Positions 46,461 to 56,290 of a stretch of 64,000 bases of DNA are shown here, piece by piece (position 1 is the stretch's first letter; the number at the start of each line of letters is the position of its first letter). This stretch comes from a virus (taxonomy: Duplodnaviria; Heunggongvirae; Uroviricota; Caudoviricetes), in IMG/VR virus record IMGVR_UViG_3300045996_002451, positions 1 to 64,000 of that record; one strand, 5' to 3'. Below the pieces are notes generated by a model that was not told the origin of the DNA, made no database searches, and saw only the letters and a list, made by a program, of their open reading frames with translations. The position numbers and the translations under genes are program-made.

Positions 46461-46463
46461 CGC

Positions 46464-46907
46464 TTAGCCCTCCGGGTGGGGTGGTAACGTAAAGCCAAAG
46501 AGCTTGGCAAGGCTGTTAAGCCTACAGGCTACCCGATCGGTGAAATCGTTCTCTGCGTAGCGTGCGCCTAGGTAATGCGAACTCTCGACAGCCGAGGTGT
46601 CGTGCACACACTGCAGTTCTCGTAAAAGCTGCTTGTACGGCTTTAAGAACGCCAGCTCCGAAAAGGACTCAAGCAAGCTATTGGAGTCGTTACACTCCAT
46701 CTCAGGTTTGTACAACACGTCAGGGATGTGTAGCCCCAAAGCACACCGGCTGCCGTTCGGGCCACGATAAAGACAAGCAGACAATACTCCCGAAGGTGTA
46801 TAGAGTGCGGCAGGTGCGCTGCGCTCGTAAACAAACGCGGTGTATGTGCGATCGAACAGGAGCTGCGCGTAAGCCCGCTCCTCGGAAGTCTCAAACGAGG
46901 TGCTCAT
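46464..46907 (-). CDS. paralog family B protein
   Basis: CLYRG...RCALGLHIPDVLYKPEME...LQCVHD. Confidence 0.78.
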   Translation of the reverse strand: MSTSFETSEERAYAQLLFDRTYTAFVYERSAPAALYTPSGVLSACLYRGPNGSRCALGLHIPDVLYKPEMECNDSNSLLESFSELAFLKPYKQLLRELQCVHDTSAVESSHYLGARYAENDFTDRVACRLNSLAKLFGFTLPPHPEG

Positions 46908-46910
46908 GGG

Positions 46911-47354
46911 TTATCCCTCCAAACATGGCGGCAGCGTGAGTTTGAACTGCATCGCCACCACGCGGAACTCGGTTTCAATCGCCTGGGTGAAATCTACCTG
47001 TCCCTCAGCAACAACTTCGGGACAGTACTTGTAATGTGCCGCGCGGTCGTGTGCTGATTGCAAGCTTTGCATGAGTAGGATGACAGGTTGCAGGAACGCC
47101 AGGCCTGCATACTTATGGATCACAGCGTCGGCGTTAACGCTTTCCATCCGACTGTCATAAACCGCATCGGGGATGTGCAGCCCCAGCGCGCAACGTTCCC
47201 CCTTATGGCCCCGGTAGAGACAGACGACTTCTCCAAGGTCGACGTTGCCATCAAACGAAGGCGGATACCGATCATACACGAAAGCGATGTACGTGCGGTC
47301 AAAGAAGAGCTGATCAAGCTCCTGCTGCGTCAGTTGGGAGAGCTGGTTCATCAC
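46911..47354 (-). CDS. paralog family B protein
   Basis: CLYRG...RCALGLHIPDAVYDSRME...LQSAHD. Confidence 0.78.
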   Translation of the reverse strand: MMNQLSQLTQQELDQLFFDRTYIAFVYDRYPPSFDGNVDLGEVVCLYRGHKGERCALGLHIPDAVYDSRMESVNADAVIHKYAGLAFLQPVILLMQSLQSAHDRAAHYKYCPEVVAEGQVDFTQAIETEFRVVAMQFKLTLPPCLEG

Positions 47355-47363
47355 ACACTCCAG

Positions 47364-47708
47364 TTATACCGGCAAGGTATCAGGCAAGACGTACGGATCA
47401 TGTTGATCGAGCTGGAAAAGGTGGTCGAACTCATCCTGCTCGGAGACGCCTGCGTCCGGATCGGTCTCGACCATGTCTACGACCTGATTGATCTGCTCTG
47501 GCAGCCGGACGGCGATGTAGTACTCGCCGGTCGAGAGGTCCTCGACCATGATGCGCAGGCACGGCTCTACTTCGCTGTCCGCGAAGTCGCGAGAGGTTGA
47601 CTGGAACACCGGCATGGGCGTGTCCTGAAACATGATGCATGCTTCGCCATTGACCGTGACCCAGTTGCCGTCGCTATCGCCGCGGGTTGATGCGTTGAAG
47701 AAGTTCAT
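47364..47708 (-). CDS. acidic hypothetical protein
   Basis: MNFFNAS..., D/E-rich. Confidence 0.6.
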   Translation of the reverse strand: MNFFNASTRGDSDGNWVTVNGEACIMFQDTPMPVFQSTSRDFADSEVEPCLRIMVEDLSTGEYYIAVRLPEQINQVVDMVETDPDAGVSEQDEFDHLFQLDQHDPYVLPDTLPV

Positions 47709-47722
47709 AGTTTTCTCAAAGG

Positions 47723-48400
47723 CTAGCAAGTAGGCGCTAGCAACCATTTAGCACGCGCCAAGGGGTCACCCCAGTACGCTAAAGGGATCTCTGTCTTGGA
47801 GCTAAGCTCAGCTTGCCAACAACCTAACCAGTCCAACCATTCCAGCTCTGCCGTGCGCTGAGCATAGACTTCTTCACGAAGCAGGTGCTTTAACTCAGCC
47901 CAGCTTTGGTTGGACCAATAGTTTTCTTGAAAGGCGAAACGTTCTTCGTATTGCTCCCGCAAGTTGTTGCTGTAGCCTGCGTAGGCCAACCGCTGCTCTT
48001 CGAGCTTCTGCTCGTAGGCTGCGTACAGCTCGATGTGAGCGTCTTGTTGACCTTCCTGATAAGCTAGCTTTCGCTCTCTTTCTAACTGTGTCTCAAGGTG
48101 CTTAGGTGTTGCTGTCCGTTCGATGACACCTTCTTCGAAGTTCCACGTCAAGCGTCGCGTTAACTCGAGCAAGTCTGCTTCGGGGAGTTCGAACCACTCA
48201 CCTTGCTTGCGGTACTCTGCGTACTTGAAATGTAGGTAGCGCTCCAAGGCAGACATCGCATCCGTGCGAATGGTGTGGATGATCTCTGCGTAAAACGGCG
48301 CGCGCTCAAAAGACTTGACCCGCTCTCGTGGAGTGCGGCTCTTACCGATTTTAGTTAAGCCGAGTCGAGAACTGAACAAATAGATATAGCCCGCGTCCAT
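47723..48400 (-). CDS. GIY-YIG superfamily (T5orf172/MUG113-like) protein
   Basis: GYIYLF...TKIGKS...RVKSF...LERYLH...GEWFEL. Confidence 0.85.
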   Translation of the reverse strand: MDAGYIYLFSSRLGLTKIGKSRTPRERVKSFERAPFYAEIIHTIRTDAMSALERYLHFKYAEYRKQGEWFELPEADLLELTRRLTWNFEEGVIERTATPKHLETQLERERKLAYQEGQQDAHIELYAAYEQKLEEQRLAYAGYSNNLREQYEERFAFQENYWSNQSWAELKHLLREEVYAQRTAELEWLDWLGCWQAELSSKTEIPLAYWGDPLARAKWLLAPTC

Positions 48401-48410
48401 GCTTGCTCCC

Positions 48411-48914
48411 TTACTTGAAACCAGGTGGTAAAACCACCGCGTGTCGATCGCTAGGCAGGTGCTTGACCATTAAAGGTTCGATCTCGAGCGTCCAGTCCCG
48501 TCCGCCATGTCCGCAACCCAAGGGTGGCCAGGCCACGTACGGCCCTTCATTGACACACCGGTTGAAGCGGTCATCGACAAACTCTCGCCAGAGATCGCGA
48601 AAGATGAGCAGGTTGCCCCGGATCAGGTCGAGTGGAGACGGAGCGCGCCAATCGCGCTTGGTGGGAAAAAGAATGAGCCGGTGGTCTTCTACCAGGTAAG
48701 GATGTTCCGGGTGGCCTTCGTTGTTCGGATCCTGCTCTTGCAGATAGAGACCATAACGGGCAGGCAAGTCCGGGAAACGTAGTGCGGCTTGCTGGGCGAG
48801 GCCCGCACCCATGATCGCGGTGCCGTCCTTGCGGGTCTGGGTATTCGTGGTAACCACTACCCACGCCCCGCGCTCGTAGTACTTCCAGATGTCGGAGTTT
48901 GGTAATAGCTGCAT
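48411..48914 (-). CDS. macrodomain (ADP-ribose-binding/hydrolase, DarG-like)
   Basis: VVTTN...MGAGLA...FPTKRDWR...PPLGCGHGGRDW. Confidence 0.88.
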   Translation of the reverse strand: MQLLPNSDIWKYYERGAWVVVTTNTQTRKDGTAIMGAGLAQQAALRFPDLPARYGLYLQEQDPNNEGHPEHPYLVEDHRLILFPTKRDWRAPSPLDLIRGNLLIFRDLWREFVDDRFNRCVNEGPYVAWPPLGCGHGGRDWTLEIEPLMVKHLPSDRHAVVLPPGFK

Positions 48915-48996
48915 GTCAGTCTCCTAAGAGGGGTGGGGCTTAACAAGACTCCCTACACCCTTACACGCAACCCTACGTGAAAAGACCCAGGGCGCG

Positions 48997-49200
48997 TTAA
49001 CGCGCCCTGGGTCTGAACCATTGCGAGGACTGCTCGGGAGTCCGATGCTTTTCTAAGTACTCTTCCCGGTACCGGTAAGCGCACTTTTCCGAGCAAAAGG
49101 GCCCCACGTCGGATAAGAGGAGCTTGAACGCTTGCTCAGGACGTTCAATGTACTTACTGCAAGCAGGCAGGCTGCACACAAGGCGTTGTGATTCAGGCAT
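48997..49200 (-). CDS. small zinc-finger protein
   Basis: CSLPAC...FCSEKC. Confidence 0.55.
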   Translation of the reverse strand: MPESQRLVCSLPACSKYIERPEQAFKLLLSDVGPFCSEKCAYRYREEYLEKHRTPEQSSQWFRPRAR

Positions 49201-49737
49201 CTACTTACCTCGGTCGAAGACCGCGTTGTGGATGTTCCGATCCCAGCAGGCTTGTTGTGACAACCAGCGCAACTGGGCCAGGTACTCACTGCCACAGTAT
49301 ACGCGCCCGGACGGCTCGTCGACATAGATCTGCTCAGCCGGAAAGTACCGGTGGTAGTGCGTCTCGGCCAGATGCATGGTCGTCTCAACGTCCAACGGAC
49401 CGTAGGTCTTGCGCGGATGCCGGATCCCCAGACGTTCGGCAAGGAGGGTTGCGTCTCGCAGGCTGACCTCCAGGTGATGCTGAGCTGCTACGCTGCGGAC
49501 GTGCTTGATGGCTTCAATGATGTGGACGCCCTTTTCGATCTGCTGCGTCAGGAGCAGGCCTACATCTTCGAGGGTCATCGTGACTGCGTTGATGCAGCCC
49601 AGGGTTATTACCTGCTGGACTTCGTCCACATCGATTAGCTCGATGTGGTACAGCTTGCCTTCAAGCTGTACCTGTACGGTCATTGCGGAGTTAGCTGGTT
49701 TCGTCCAGATCTGCTCTTGGAGTTGTTCGAGATTCAT
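49201..49737 (-). CDS. hypothetical protein with L7/L12-CTD-like segment
   Basis: IIEAIKHVRS...VSLRDATLLAE. Confidence 0.6.
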   Translation of the reverse strand: MNLEQLQEQIWTKPANSAMTVQVQLEGKLYHIELIDVDEVQQVITLGCINAVTMTLEDVGLLLTQQIEKGVHIIEAIKHVRSVAAQHHLEVSLRDATLLAERLGIRHPRKTYGPLDVETTMHLAETHYHRYFPAEQIYVDEPSGRVYCGSEYLAQLRWLSQQACWDRNIHNAVFDRGK

Positions 49738-50095
49738 CAGGGTTCTCCCGGCGAGCTTTCGCCGCCCGTGCGCGAACACGCACCGCTTCGATGCGCGCGT
49801 GGTATTTGCCGTGCGCGTACGCGCTGTCGTAGCTGACCGGTAGCTCCGGGTCGCTGTACACAAAGTCATCGATGTTCAGGCAGTAGATATCTACCTTGGG
49901 CTGACCTGCGCAGAAGCGCCCACCCACGATGCGTTCCGGGTCGTTTGGATCCCGTTCCAGGATCTGGAGGCACCCATCCCAGTAGCCCACGTTAATCACG
50001 TTGATCTCTACGATATCCATGTTGGCTACGCATGCCTGCATCTCGCCGCTGGGATCGGCCTCTTGTAACAGGCGAATCACGTCTTTAGTCTTCAT
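49691..50095 (-). CDS. hypothetical phage protein
   Basis: MKTKDVIRLLQEADPSGE...GYWDG. Confidence 0.7.
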   Translation of the reverse strand: MKTKDVIRLLQEADPSGEMQACVANMDIVEINVINVGYWDGCLQILERDPNDPERIVGGRFCAGQPKVDIYCLNIDDFVYSDPELPVSYDSAYAHGKYHARIEAVRVRARAAKARRENPDESRTTPRADLDETS

Positions 50096-50100
50096 CGGTG

Positions 50101-50646
50101 CTAGCCTTCAAGTCGCTTGGGCCGTTCCATCCGAGGTATCCGGTCCAGGGAGACCAGGAGCAGGTAGACTACCGTCCAGAGCTGGCAGTTGTTCTGGATC
50201 TCCGCCGACCACTCCCGAATGTTCTCCGTGTAGTAGCTACGGATGAGTTCTTTTGGGAAGCCTTCGAAGTAGCAGTCCGCCAGCTCGTTACCCGTGTACT
50301 CCGGATCGAGGGGCGGGGTGACAAAGCACAACCGACTGAGGTCCGCGACGATGGGCTGCTCGGAGAGCACCGTCAACTTCCAGTTGTAGAAGTTATTGCG
50401 CAGGATCAGTCGGAGTCCCCAGTCCGGACGGTACAGCTCAAAGACCGGCAGCACGATGCTGCACGACCGGTGTTCGCCCACGATGTGGATCAACTGATCC
50501 CGGCGCAGTTGGTAGTCCATGCCGATACCCATCAGGGCGGCAATGTCCGACCGGATGAACGCGACTTGTTGAGTAGCGCCGTCTTGATGGTCAGCCGGTT
50601 TACTCAACCAACGTGCGGCCCACCATTCAGTCAGAGGTATTCTCAT
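50101..50646 (-). CDS. hypothetical phage protein
   Basis: VGEHRSCSIVLPV...LRNNFYNWKL...CYFEGFP. Confidence 0.7.
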   Translation of the reverse strand: MRIPLTEWWAARWLSKPADHQDGATQQVAFIRSDIAALMGIGMDYQLRRDQLIHIVGEHRSCSIVLPVFELYRPDWGLRLILRNNFYNWKLTVLSEQPIVADLSRLCFVTPPLDPEYTGNELADCYFEGFPKELIRSYYTENIREWSAEIQNNCQLWTVVYLLLVSLDRIPRMERPKRLEG

Positions 50647-50897
50647 TAGCTAGGTCCTCTTTCTCAGTATCAGAAAAGCCGAGGCTTTCCAGCCTCAAAT
50701 GGAGCCGGACGTTGGGGAGCCGCTGGGGCAGGTGGCTTAGGTCCACGATCTTACCGCGTTCCAGTCCGGGTCCCAGGTGAACTTGGTCAAGTGCGACATC
50801 CAGTCGCGTCAGGAAGTCCTGGGCCTCGGCTTTGGCCAGCGGGGTAGCAGGGGTCTGCAGCACTTCGTCGTCATCCAAGGGAAAGGACACAGCGCAC

Positions 50898-51263
50898 CTA
50901 CGCTTTCTGGTTCAAGAGTTCCCGAGCGTATTCACGTACGGCCTGGATGGCCGCTTTCTGACCGCAGTGCAGGGTGAGGGAGACAAAGTAGCTGGAGATC
51001 TCCATCATTGCTCCATCCCGGAAATAGAAGCCAGGCAGGTACTGGTATCCTTCTTTGAAATCACCTTTCGGCTGCACGTGCTGGTACTTACCAAGATGAC
51101 CCACCAGACAACGTTGCGTGTTGTCTGGTGTGACGTACTGCAGAGCACACCAAGCAGACTCCGGCGCATCGACGACGCGTTGTAGCGCGGCGCGTGGCTG
51201 CTCGGCGAGTAGCGCTTTCAAGAGCTGGAAAGTGAGGACCTGAGCGGGTTGACAAAAGGCCAT
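50898..51263 (-). CDS. CLxGH paralog family A protein
   Basis: ALQRVVDAPESAW...RCLVGHLGKY. Confidence 0.75.
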   Translation of the reverse strand: MAFCQPAQVLTFQLLKALLAEQPRAALQRVVDAPESAWCALQYVTPDNTQRCLVGHLGKYQHVQPKGDFKEGYQYLPGFYFRDGAMMEISSYFVSLTLHCGQKAAIQAVREYARELLNQKA

Positions 51264-51264
51264 C

Positions 51265-51648
51265 TTAGTCCGCTTTCTGTAAGAGCTTCCGGGCGTCATC
51301 CTGGATCGCCACGATCAAGTCGTGAGTGTCGTAGCGTTGTCCAAGATGGATCGCCAGGCTGGAAAAACGCATCATCGCGGGTTCATAGGTCTCGAACCCG
51401 GGCAGTTGGATGGTCCGCCTGCCATCAGGATGCTCTTGATAATCGCCGAGATGCCCTACCAGGCAGCGGGTACCAGTGTCGCTACTGAGGTAAAACGACA
51501 GGTTCCAACTCTCTAAGGGCGCCGAGACCACCCGCTGCAAGGCGTCTGCGGGTTGTAGGCGGAGCAAGGACAGCAGTTCCTGATACTGCTCGGTTAAACG
51601 GAACGGAGGCTGTTGTGTTTCAGCATGGATGCGCTTAAGCTTGAACAT
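51265..51648 (-). CDS. CLxGH paralog family A protein
   Basis: ALQRVVSAPLESW...RCLVGHLGDY. Confidence 0.78.
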   Translation of the reverse strand: MFKLKRIHAETQQPPFRLTEQYQELLSLLRLQPADALQRVVSAPLESWNLSFYLSSDTGTRCLVGHLGDYQEHPDGRRTIQLPGFETYEPAMMRFSSLAIHLGQRYDTHDLIVAIQDDARKLLQKAD

Positions 51649-52355
51649 CAGAATACCTCAGTGGTAGGAACGCAGGAGTCGACCATCGGGTTGTAGACTG
51701 TCGGGATGTCAACTGCCGAAGTGCGCCCTGCTAAAAGACAGCGGGCAGTGTGTTGAACCGCCCTCACCACATTCGGCGTGGTGTGGGTCGTGGTGTTCAG
51801 GATGAAGTTGAACGAGAGGTTGTGCGTATGGTAGTTAGCCGGGCTGAAAGGGCTGTAGCCCGGCTCAAAATCATAAACAACGTCGGCGTTCGAGGGCGCA
51901 TATCGGTAGTTGCCCAGGTGTCCGACCAGGCAGCGATGGCCCAAGCGATCGCAGTAGGCCATCGGGTTCCACTTGTTCAAGGGTGCATCCAGGACGCGTT
52001 GTAGCGCCTCGTTGGACTGCTGGGACAAGCCGTTTGCCAGGGGCACATAAATCGGGTCGTCCAATACCTTTAGCACCGAAGGGTTCAGGAGCGGACGAGC
52101 CAGCTCCTCATAACCCTGCTGGGGATCCGGGCCATAGACGGCGTCATTGCCGGGGTAAGAGACGCGGACGGACAGCCCGTTGATCAGGTGCGTCTCGGTG
52201 GCATCGCCCCGATCGACATTGCGGACGATGTGCCATTCTTCCAGCTCGCCGTAGGTGCGGCCACACAGGCTGGCGAGCACCTGATCCAGGTAGACGTGGT
52301 CCGGATCGTTCAGCGTGCAATCATCCTCTATCCAGTACGGAATCAAAGTGTGCAT
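51648..52355 (-). CDS. family A protein with extra N-terminal domain
   Basis: ALQRVLDAPLNKW...RCLVGHLGNY. Confidence 0.78.
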   Translation of the reverse strand: MHTLIPYWIEDDCTLNDPDHVYLDQVLASLCGRTYGELEEWHIVRNVDRGDATETHLINGLSVRVSYPGNDAVYGPDPQQGYEELARPLLNPSVLKVLDDPIYVPLANGLSQQSNEALQRVLDAPLNKWNPMAYCDRLGHRCLVGHLGNYRYAPSNADVVYDFEPGYSPFSPANYHTHNLSFNFILNTTTHTTPNVVRAVQHTARCLLAGRTSAVDIPTVYNPMVDSCVPTTEVF

Positions 52356-52366
52356 CGAGTTACCTC

Positions 52367-52708
52367 TTACGTGTTGGCGACGCCGATTCCGGCGATCAGG
52401 AAGTCGGCGTAGCTAAGGACGCGCATGAACGCTACGTCCCACGTTACGTTTTTTCCCGGGTCAGGCGGGTTGGTGAGTACCGAGATCTTGTACAGCAACT
52501 GCCAGTTACCGTCCGTGGACAGGCGTTGCAGCACCACGGTGTGCTTGGTGTCGCCGCGTAACACCTGGGTAGGCATGACGCGCCAGACAATGTTGCGCTC
52601 CCGATCGAAGCGGTGTAGCGCTGACAGCTCGCTGTTAAACACCTTCCAATTTCCATTGGCAAAGTGCAGCATGCTTTGGATCCCTTCATCTAGCGTAGTC
52701 AATGGCAT
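52367..52708 (-). CDS. hypothetical protein
   Basis: AGGAG RBS. Confidence 0.6.
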   Translation of the reverse strand: MPLTTLDEGIQSMLHFANGNWKVFNSELSALHRFDRERNIVWRVMPTQVLRGDTKHTVVLQRLSTDGNWQLLYKISVLTNPPDPGKNVTWDVAFMRVLSYADFLIAGIGVANT

Positions 52709-52719
52709 CGAACTGCTCC

Positions 52720-52977
52720 TTATTCGAAATGGATCATGCGCTGAGGACGTCCCAGGTTGTCGCGCTCTTCACCATCGTAGCTGATTTTGGGTCCGGAGAG
52801 AGCGGTCAACGCGAAGTAAGGCGGGGAGATCTCAGCCTTCAGCTCACCTGATTGGATGCGGGCCAGGACCTCTTCCGGCGTCAGGCCTGCGTACTGTTCG
52901 CGCACCTGGGTGGCTTGTGCATCGTCCGGGACCTCAATGGTCACACACTGTCGAATCTGCGTATACAGCTTGCCCAT
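52720..52977 (-). CDS. hypothetical protein
   Basis: MGKLYTQ..., AGGAG RBS. Confidence 0.55.
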   Translation of the reverse strand: MGKLYTQIRQCVTIEVPDDAQATQVREQYAGLTPEEVLARIQSGELKAEISPPYFALTALSGPKISYDGEERDNLGRPQRMIHFE

Positions 52978-53266
52978 AGGTTGGCTCCTGCTTAAAAAGG
53001 ATGCGGGGCTTGAGCCACCCCGCCGAGAGTTGTTCGTCTTACGCACCGTCTCAGGCAGTCGTTCACACCGACTGGTAAGTTCGTCCACAACTCAGGCGCC
53101 ACTGGTTTCTTTCCCGTGGCCGGAAACGCTATGCCCTGTCTTTCCTGGAGAGGTGGTAGCCGTGGCTACGCTCCAGTGTCTCGAGGCCCGTGGTAGCGCT
53201 GCCCGCGCCTGCCCGTTCACGTCGCAGGTGTATGTAGTTGTAGCTTGGCCCGCCACAGCCAAGGGG

Positions 53267-53662
53267 TTAGGACGCGGACTTAACCCGCGCCTTCAAGATC
53301 TGCTGCGCGGCTGTCTGTAGCGCAGCGACAATCACCGGCGTAACGTACCGGTCTTCCAGTTCGAGCGCCCAGTCCGAGTAGTCGTACATCCGGGGAAGGT
53401 GGCTTTCATAGCCAGGTTCGATGAGACGACCCCACCTGCCTTCAATGAGCGCGTACCGGTAATCACCCAGGTGTCCTACCAGACAGCGGCGCGTGTCTAC
53501 CGTGTTGAGGTAGTGACCGAAGTCCCACATCCCCACGGGGTTGTCTACGACGCGCTGGAGGGCGGCATCCGGCTCTTCCTGGAGGTAAGTCACGATCTTC
53601 TGGAAGGTTGGATCTTGCTCGATCGGTGGCGTCTCTGGGGTTGCACTTAGGGTCTCAGCCAT
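53267..53662 (-). CDS. CLxGH paralog family A protein
   Basis: ALQRVVDNPVGMW...RCLVGHLGDY. Confidence 0.78.
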   Translation of the reverse strand: MAETLSATPETPPIEQDPTFQKIVTYLQEEPDAALQRVVDNPVGMWDFGHYLNTVDTRRCLVGHLGDYRYALIEGRWGRLIEPGYESHLPRMYDYSDWALELEDRYVTPVIVAALQTAAQQILKARVKSAS

Positions 53663-54104
53663 CGTTCGGTTCCTTTCGTAGATCGAGCAGCGTTTGCGCC
53701 GCCTGGCGTAGCGCAGCGATCACTAACTGTTCGTCGTGTCCCTCGATTAGCCTAAAGCACAGGCTGGAGAGTTTGCCTGGAATCTGCTGGAACGGTTCGT
53801 AAAGCGGCAGCCCGCTGAGGAGCCACTGGTCGTCTACACGCTTAAGCGTAAGGTCGCCCAGGTGTCCGACCAGACAACGTGGACCAGCAGCGTTGAGGCT
53901 GCGGTACTGATCGAAGTTCCATTTGCCGGGTTCAGCCTGAACAACCCGCTCCAGCGCCTCGGCAGGCGCCGTGGAGATCAGTTCGAGCACTTCCTGGAAC
54001 ACGGGGTCCAGATAGAGCGGGTGCAGAAAGTATTCGGAGCTGTCCAGTAGTGGACGTAGGGCCTGTTCTGCGGTTTCGGTTAGGGGGAAAGACGTTTGTT
54101 TCAT
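53655..54104 (-). CDS. CLxGH paralog family A protein
   Basis: ALERVVQAEPGKW...RCLVGHLGDL. Confidence 0.78.
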   Translation of the reverse strand: MKQTSFPLTETAEQALRPLLDSSEYFLHPLYLDPVFQEVLELISTAPAEALERVVQAEPGKWNFDQYRSLNAAGPRCLVGHLGDLTLKRVDDQWLLSGLPLYEPFQQIPGKLSSLCFRLIEGHDEQLVIAALRQAAQTLLDLRKEPNDG

Positions 54105-54134
54105 GGCAGCACACCTCTTAAAAGAAAACGAGGG

Positions 54135-54497
54135 TTAACGGTAGAGACGCTCCCCGCAATGACTACAAAAGTGGTCCGTACAGAGTGTGCTCTGTTTACA
54201 GACCGGACACGTAGAGTCTGTGCGTGCGCCACACTCCGGGCAATAGGATGTCAACCCACCGGAATGGAAACGGTTGATCTGATGTTGATTCAAACACTGG
54301 ACAGGAGTTTGAACCAACGCGTTGAGTTGGGACAACAGTTCGGAAGCCACTTGGGGTTGGAGTGCGTCGTTTTCTAGCTTATTCAGCAAGCTGGCGCTTT
54401 TACCGATCAGGGAAGCTAGATCTTTCTGGGTAAGTCGCATGCGTGTCCTAAAACGCACCACTGCTTCACTGTTGTCCAGCTCGAAGTTAGTGTTCAT
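54135..54497 (-). CDS. XRE-family HTH protein with double zinc ribbon
   Basis: RTRMRLTQKDLASLIGKSASLLNKLEN; CPECG..CPVC..CSHCG. Confidence 0.85.
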   Translation of the reverse strand: MNTNFELDNSEAVVRFRTRMRLTQKDLASLIGKSASLLNKLENDALQPQVASELLSQLNALVQTPVQCLNQHQINRFHSGGLTSYCPECGARTDSTCPVCKQSTLCTDHFCSHCGERLYR

Positions 54498-54529
54498 GGC
54501 AGCACACCTGTTACACGGGTAACTCCTGG

Positions 54530-55027
54530 CTAGAGCGCCAGGAGCACGTTCGGGTCAAAGTACAGGGGATACTCGAAGTACCCTAGATAGTCCAAGCGGC
54601 CAAAGCCGTAGGTCATGCTGCCGCAGATGCCGGTGGAGCAGCTCCAACGCTCGCCCGCGTAAAGACGGCGCAACGCTTCTTGTTCGTCATCTACGGGGGT
54701 AGCGCACAGGCGGCAGCAGCCATCCGAGCAACAGATCGGCGCGTCTGCATCCAGTATGGCTCCGTTCCGCACCTGAAAGAGGAAGTACTGCATCAACCAG
54801 CGACCATTGCATCCGGAGTAGACATTGAAGCCGTACCCGCTGGTGTGCATCAAGAAATCGACCGGATCCCGGTAGTAGTCATCGGTGGCCTGGTCTTTGG
54901 CGTCCTGGAGCACCTGCTCTTTGGACTCGCCGTAGATGGCACCGAGTACATCCAAGTACTTATCCTCGTCGGCGGGCACCGCAACCCACTGAACCACGGG
55001 CGTGACTGTTTGAGACTCGTTGGGCAT
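54530..55027 (-). CDS. Cys-rich hypothetical protein
   Basis: MPNESQ...; CSTGICGSMTYGFGRLD..GYFEYP. Confidence 0.6.
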   Translation of the reverse strand: MPNESQTVTPVVQWVAVPADEDKYLDVLGAIYGESKEQVLQDAKDQATDDYYRDPVDFLMHTSGYGFNVYSGCNGRWLMQYFLFQVRNGAILDADAPICCSDGCCRLCATPVDDEQEALRRLYAGERWSCSTGICGSMTYGFGRLDYLGYFEYPLYFDPNVLLAL

Positions 55028-55084
55028 CGAAGTAGCTCCTGGAAAAGAGGAGGCAGGCACCCCGCAGGGCACCTGCTGCGTAGC

Positions 55085-55672
55085 TTAGATAACGGAGACG
55101 CGGTGCGTGAGAGGGTCCAGATTGTACAGGGTCCGCTCCAGCTTGCGCGCGACCGCGACACAGTTTCCGGTGCCGCCACGTGTACCATCCCAACAAGATA
55201 GGACGCGCTTACTCCGCTCGACCATCCAGGTGTTGCGCGCGTTCAGCAAGGCCGGTGCGTTCGGCTCTTTCTGCTCCTGCGCCGCGGCCTCATTGAGCCG
55301 CACCATCAATTCGGAGAAGGTGATCTGCTCATCCCGATCGGTCAGCCAGATCTCGTCCGCCTGCTGCACGATGTTGCGCCAGCGGATCTGCGACTCCAGC
55401 GGCCAGATCAAGGGCTGGGTCAGGAACGGCACCGCGGCGATGAGGCGCACGTCCGGGTGAATCGACTTGAGCTGCAAGACTGCCTCGGCAGCCCACGTGT
55501 CCCAACCCAGCGCCATCCCCGACACACAGGTCCGCATCGACACGTTGTAGAAGCGCTCCAGGGTCTGGTAGAGGACCGGGTAGAGCACGGAATGGAAATT
55601 GGTCTGGTCGTTATACCCGCCGAGTTTGACTGGGCGGTGGCCTGTAAAGCACAGATGGTACCGAGGAGTCAT
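55085..55672 (-). CDS. YspA-like SLOG (DUF1273) protein
   Basis: CFTGHRP, SGMALGWDTWAAE, AAVPF, RNTWMV, WDGTRGGTGNCV. Confidence 0.9.
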   Translation of the reverse strand: MTPRYHLCFTGHRPVKLGGYNDQTNFHSVLYPVLYQTLERFYNVSMRTCVSGMALGWDTWAAEAVLQLKSIHPDVRLIAAVPFLTQPLIWPLESQIRWRNIVQQADEIWLTDRDEQITFSELMVRLNEAAAQEQKEPNAPALLNARNTWMVERSKRVLSCWDGTRGGTGNCVAVARKLERTLYNLDPLTHRVSVI

Positions 55673-56290
55673 TGCACCGTCTCCAGGAGAGAGCACCCAC
55701 CCCGCCTTGCTCCAGTGTAAGGACTACCAAGTAGAGTAAAACTTAGTAGTAGGAACAGGAGTAGTAGCAGCGGTACGTAGGTCCGTATGGAAGTGAGGGT
55801 AGAGGAAGAGGTAGTAGATCTCTTCCCAGAGGGAGAGCTGCACCCCTTTAGCGCACCGCATGCGTAGGATCCGAAAGTCCTCGGAATGAGCAGCAGTAAG
55901 GGTATCAGTAGGCTTCAGAGCCATGAATCGTTCTCGCACGGTGGACACTCCAGTCGTAGTGAAGGGAAGTTATTCAGTTGTAGGGACCTAAACGTTACAT
56001 AGTAGCCTCCTAGGTGAGTGGTAACTCAAGAACCTTTACCCACACCCCTACCCGAAATCTTCCGGGTTTTATCAACAATGTATAAGAAGATCACACTTCG
56101 TGCCTAAAACAGGCCCATACACCCTCAGATACACCCCTAAAAGAGGGATCTATACGCTTTCTGAACCTACTATATCGCCTTTACACTAGGTACTTTTACG
56201 TCCAAGGGACGAGGGAAACGGCGAGCGTTTCTTAAGTTAAATGTAAGGGGAATGACTCCGTACACTCCCCCTACGACCCCTACGTGGTTA

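Noticed and set aside
47723-48400. Mobile homing endonuclease / intron
   Set aside because: Free-standing T5orf172-like protein that does not interrupt a gene; no intron structure seen.
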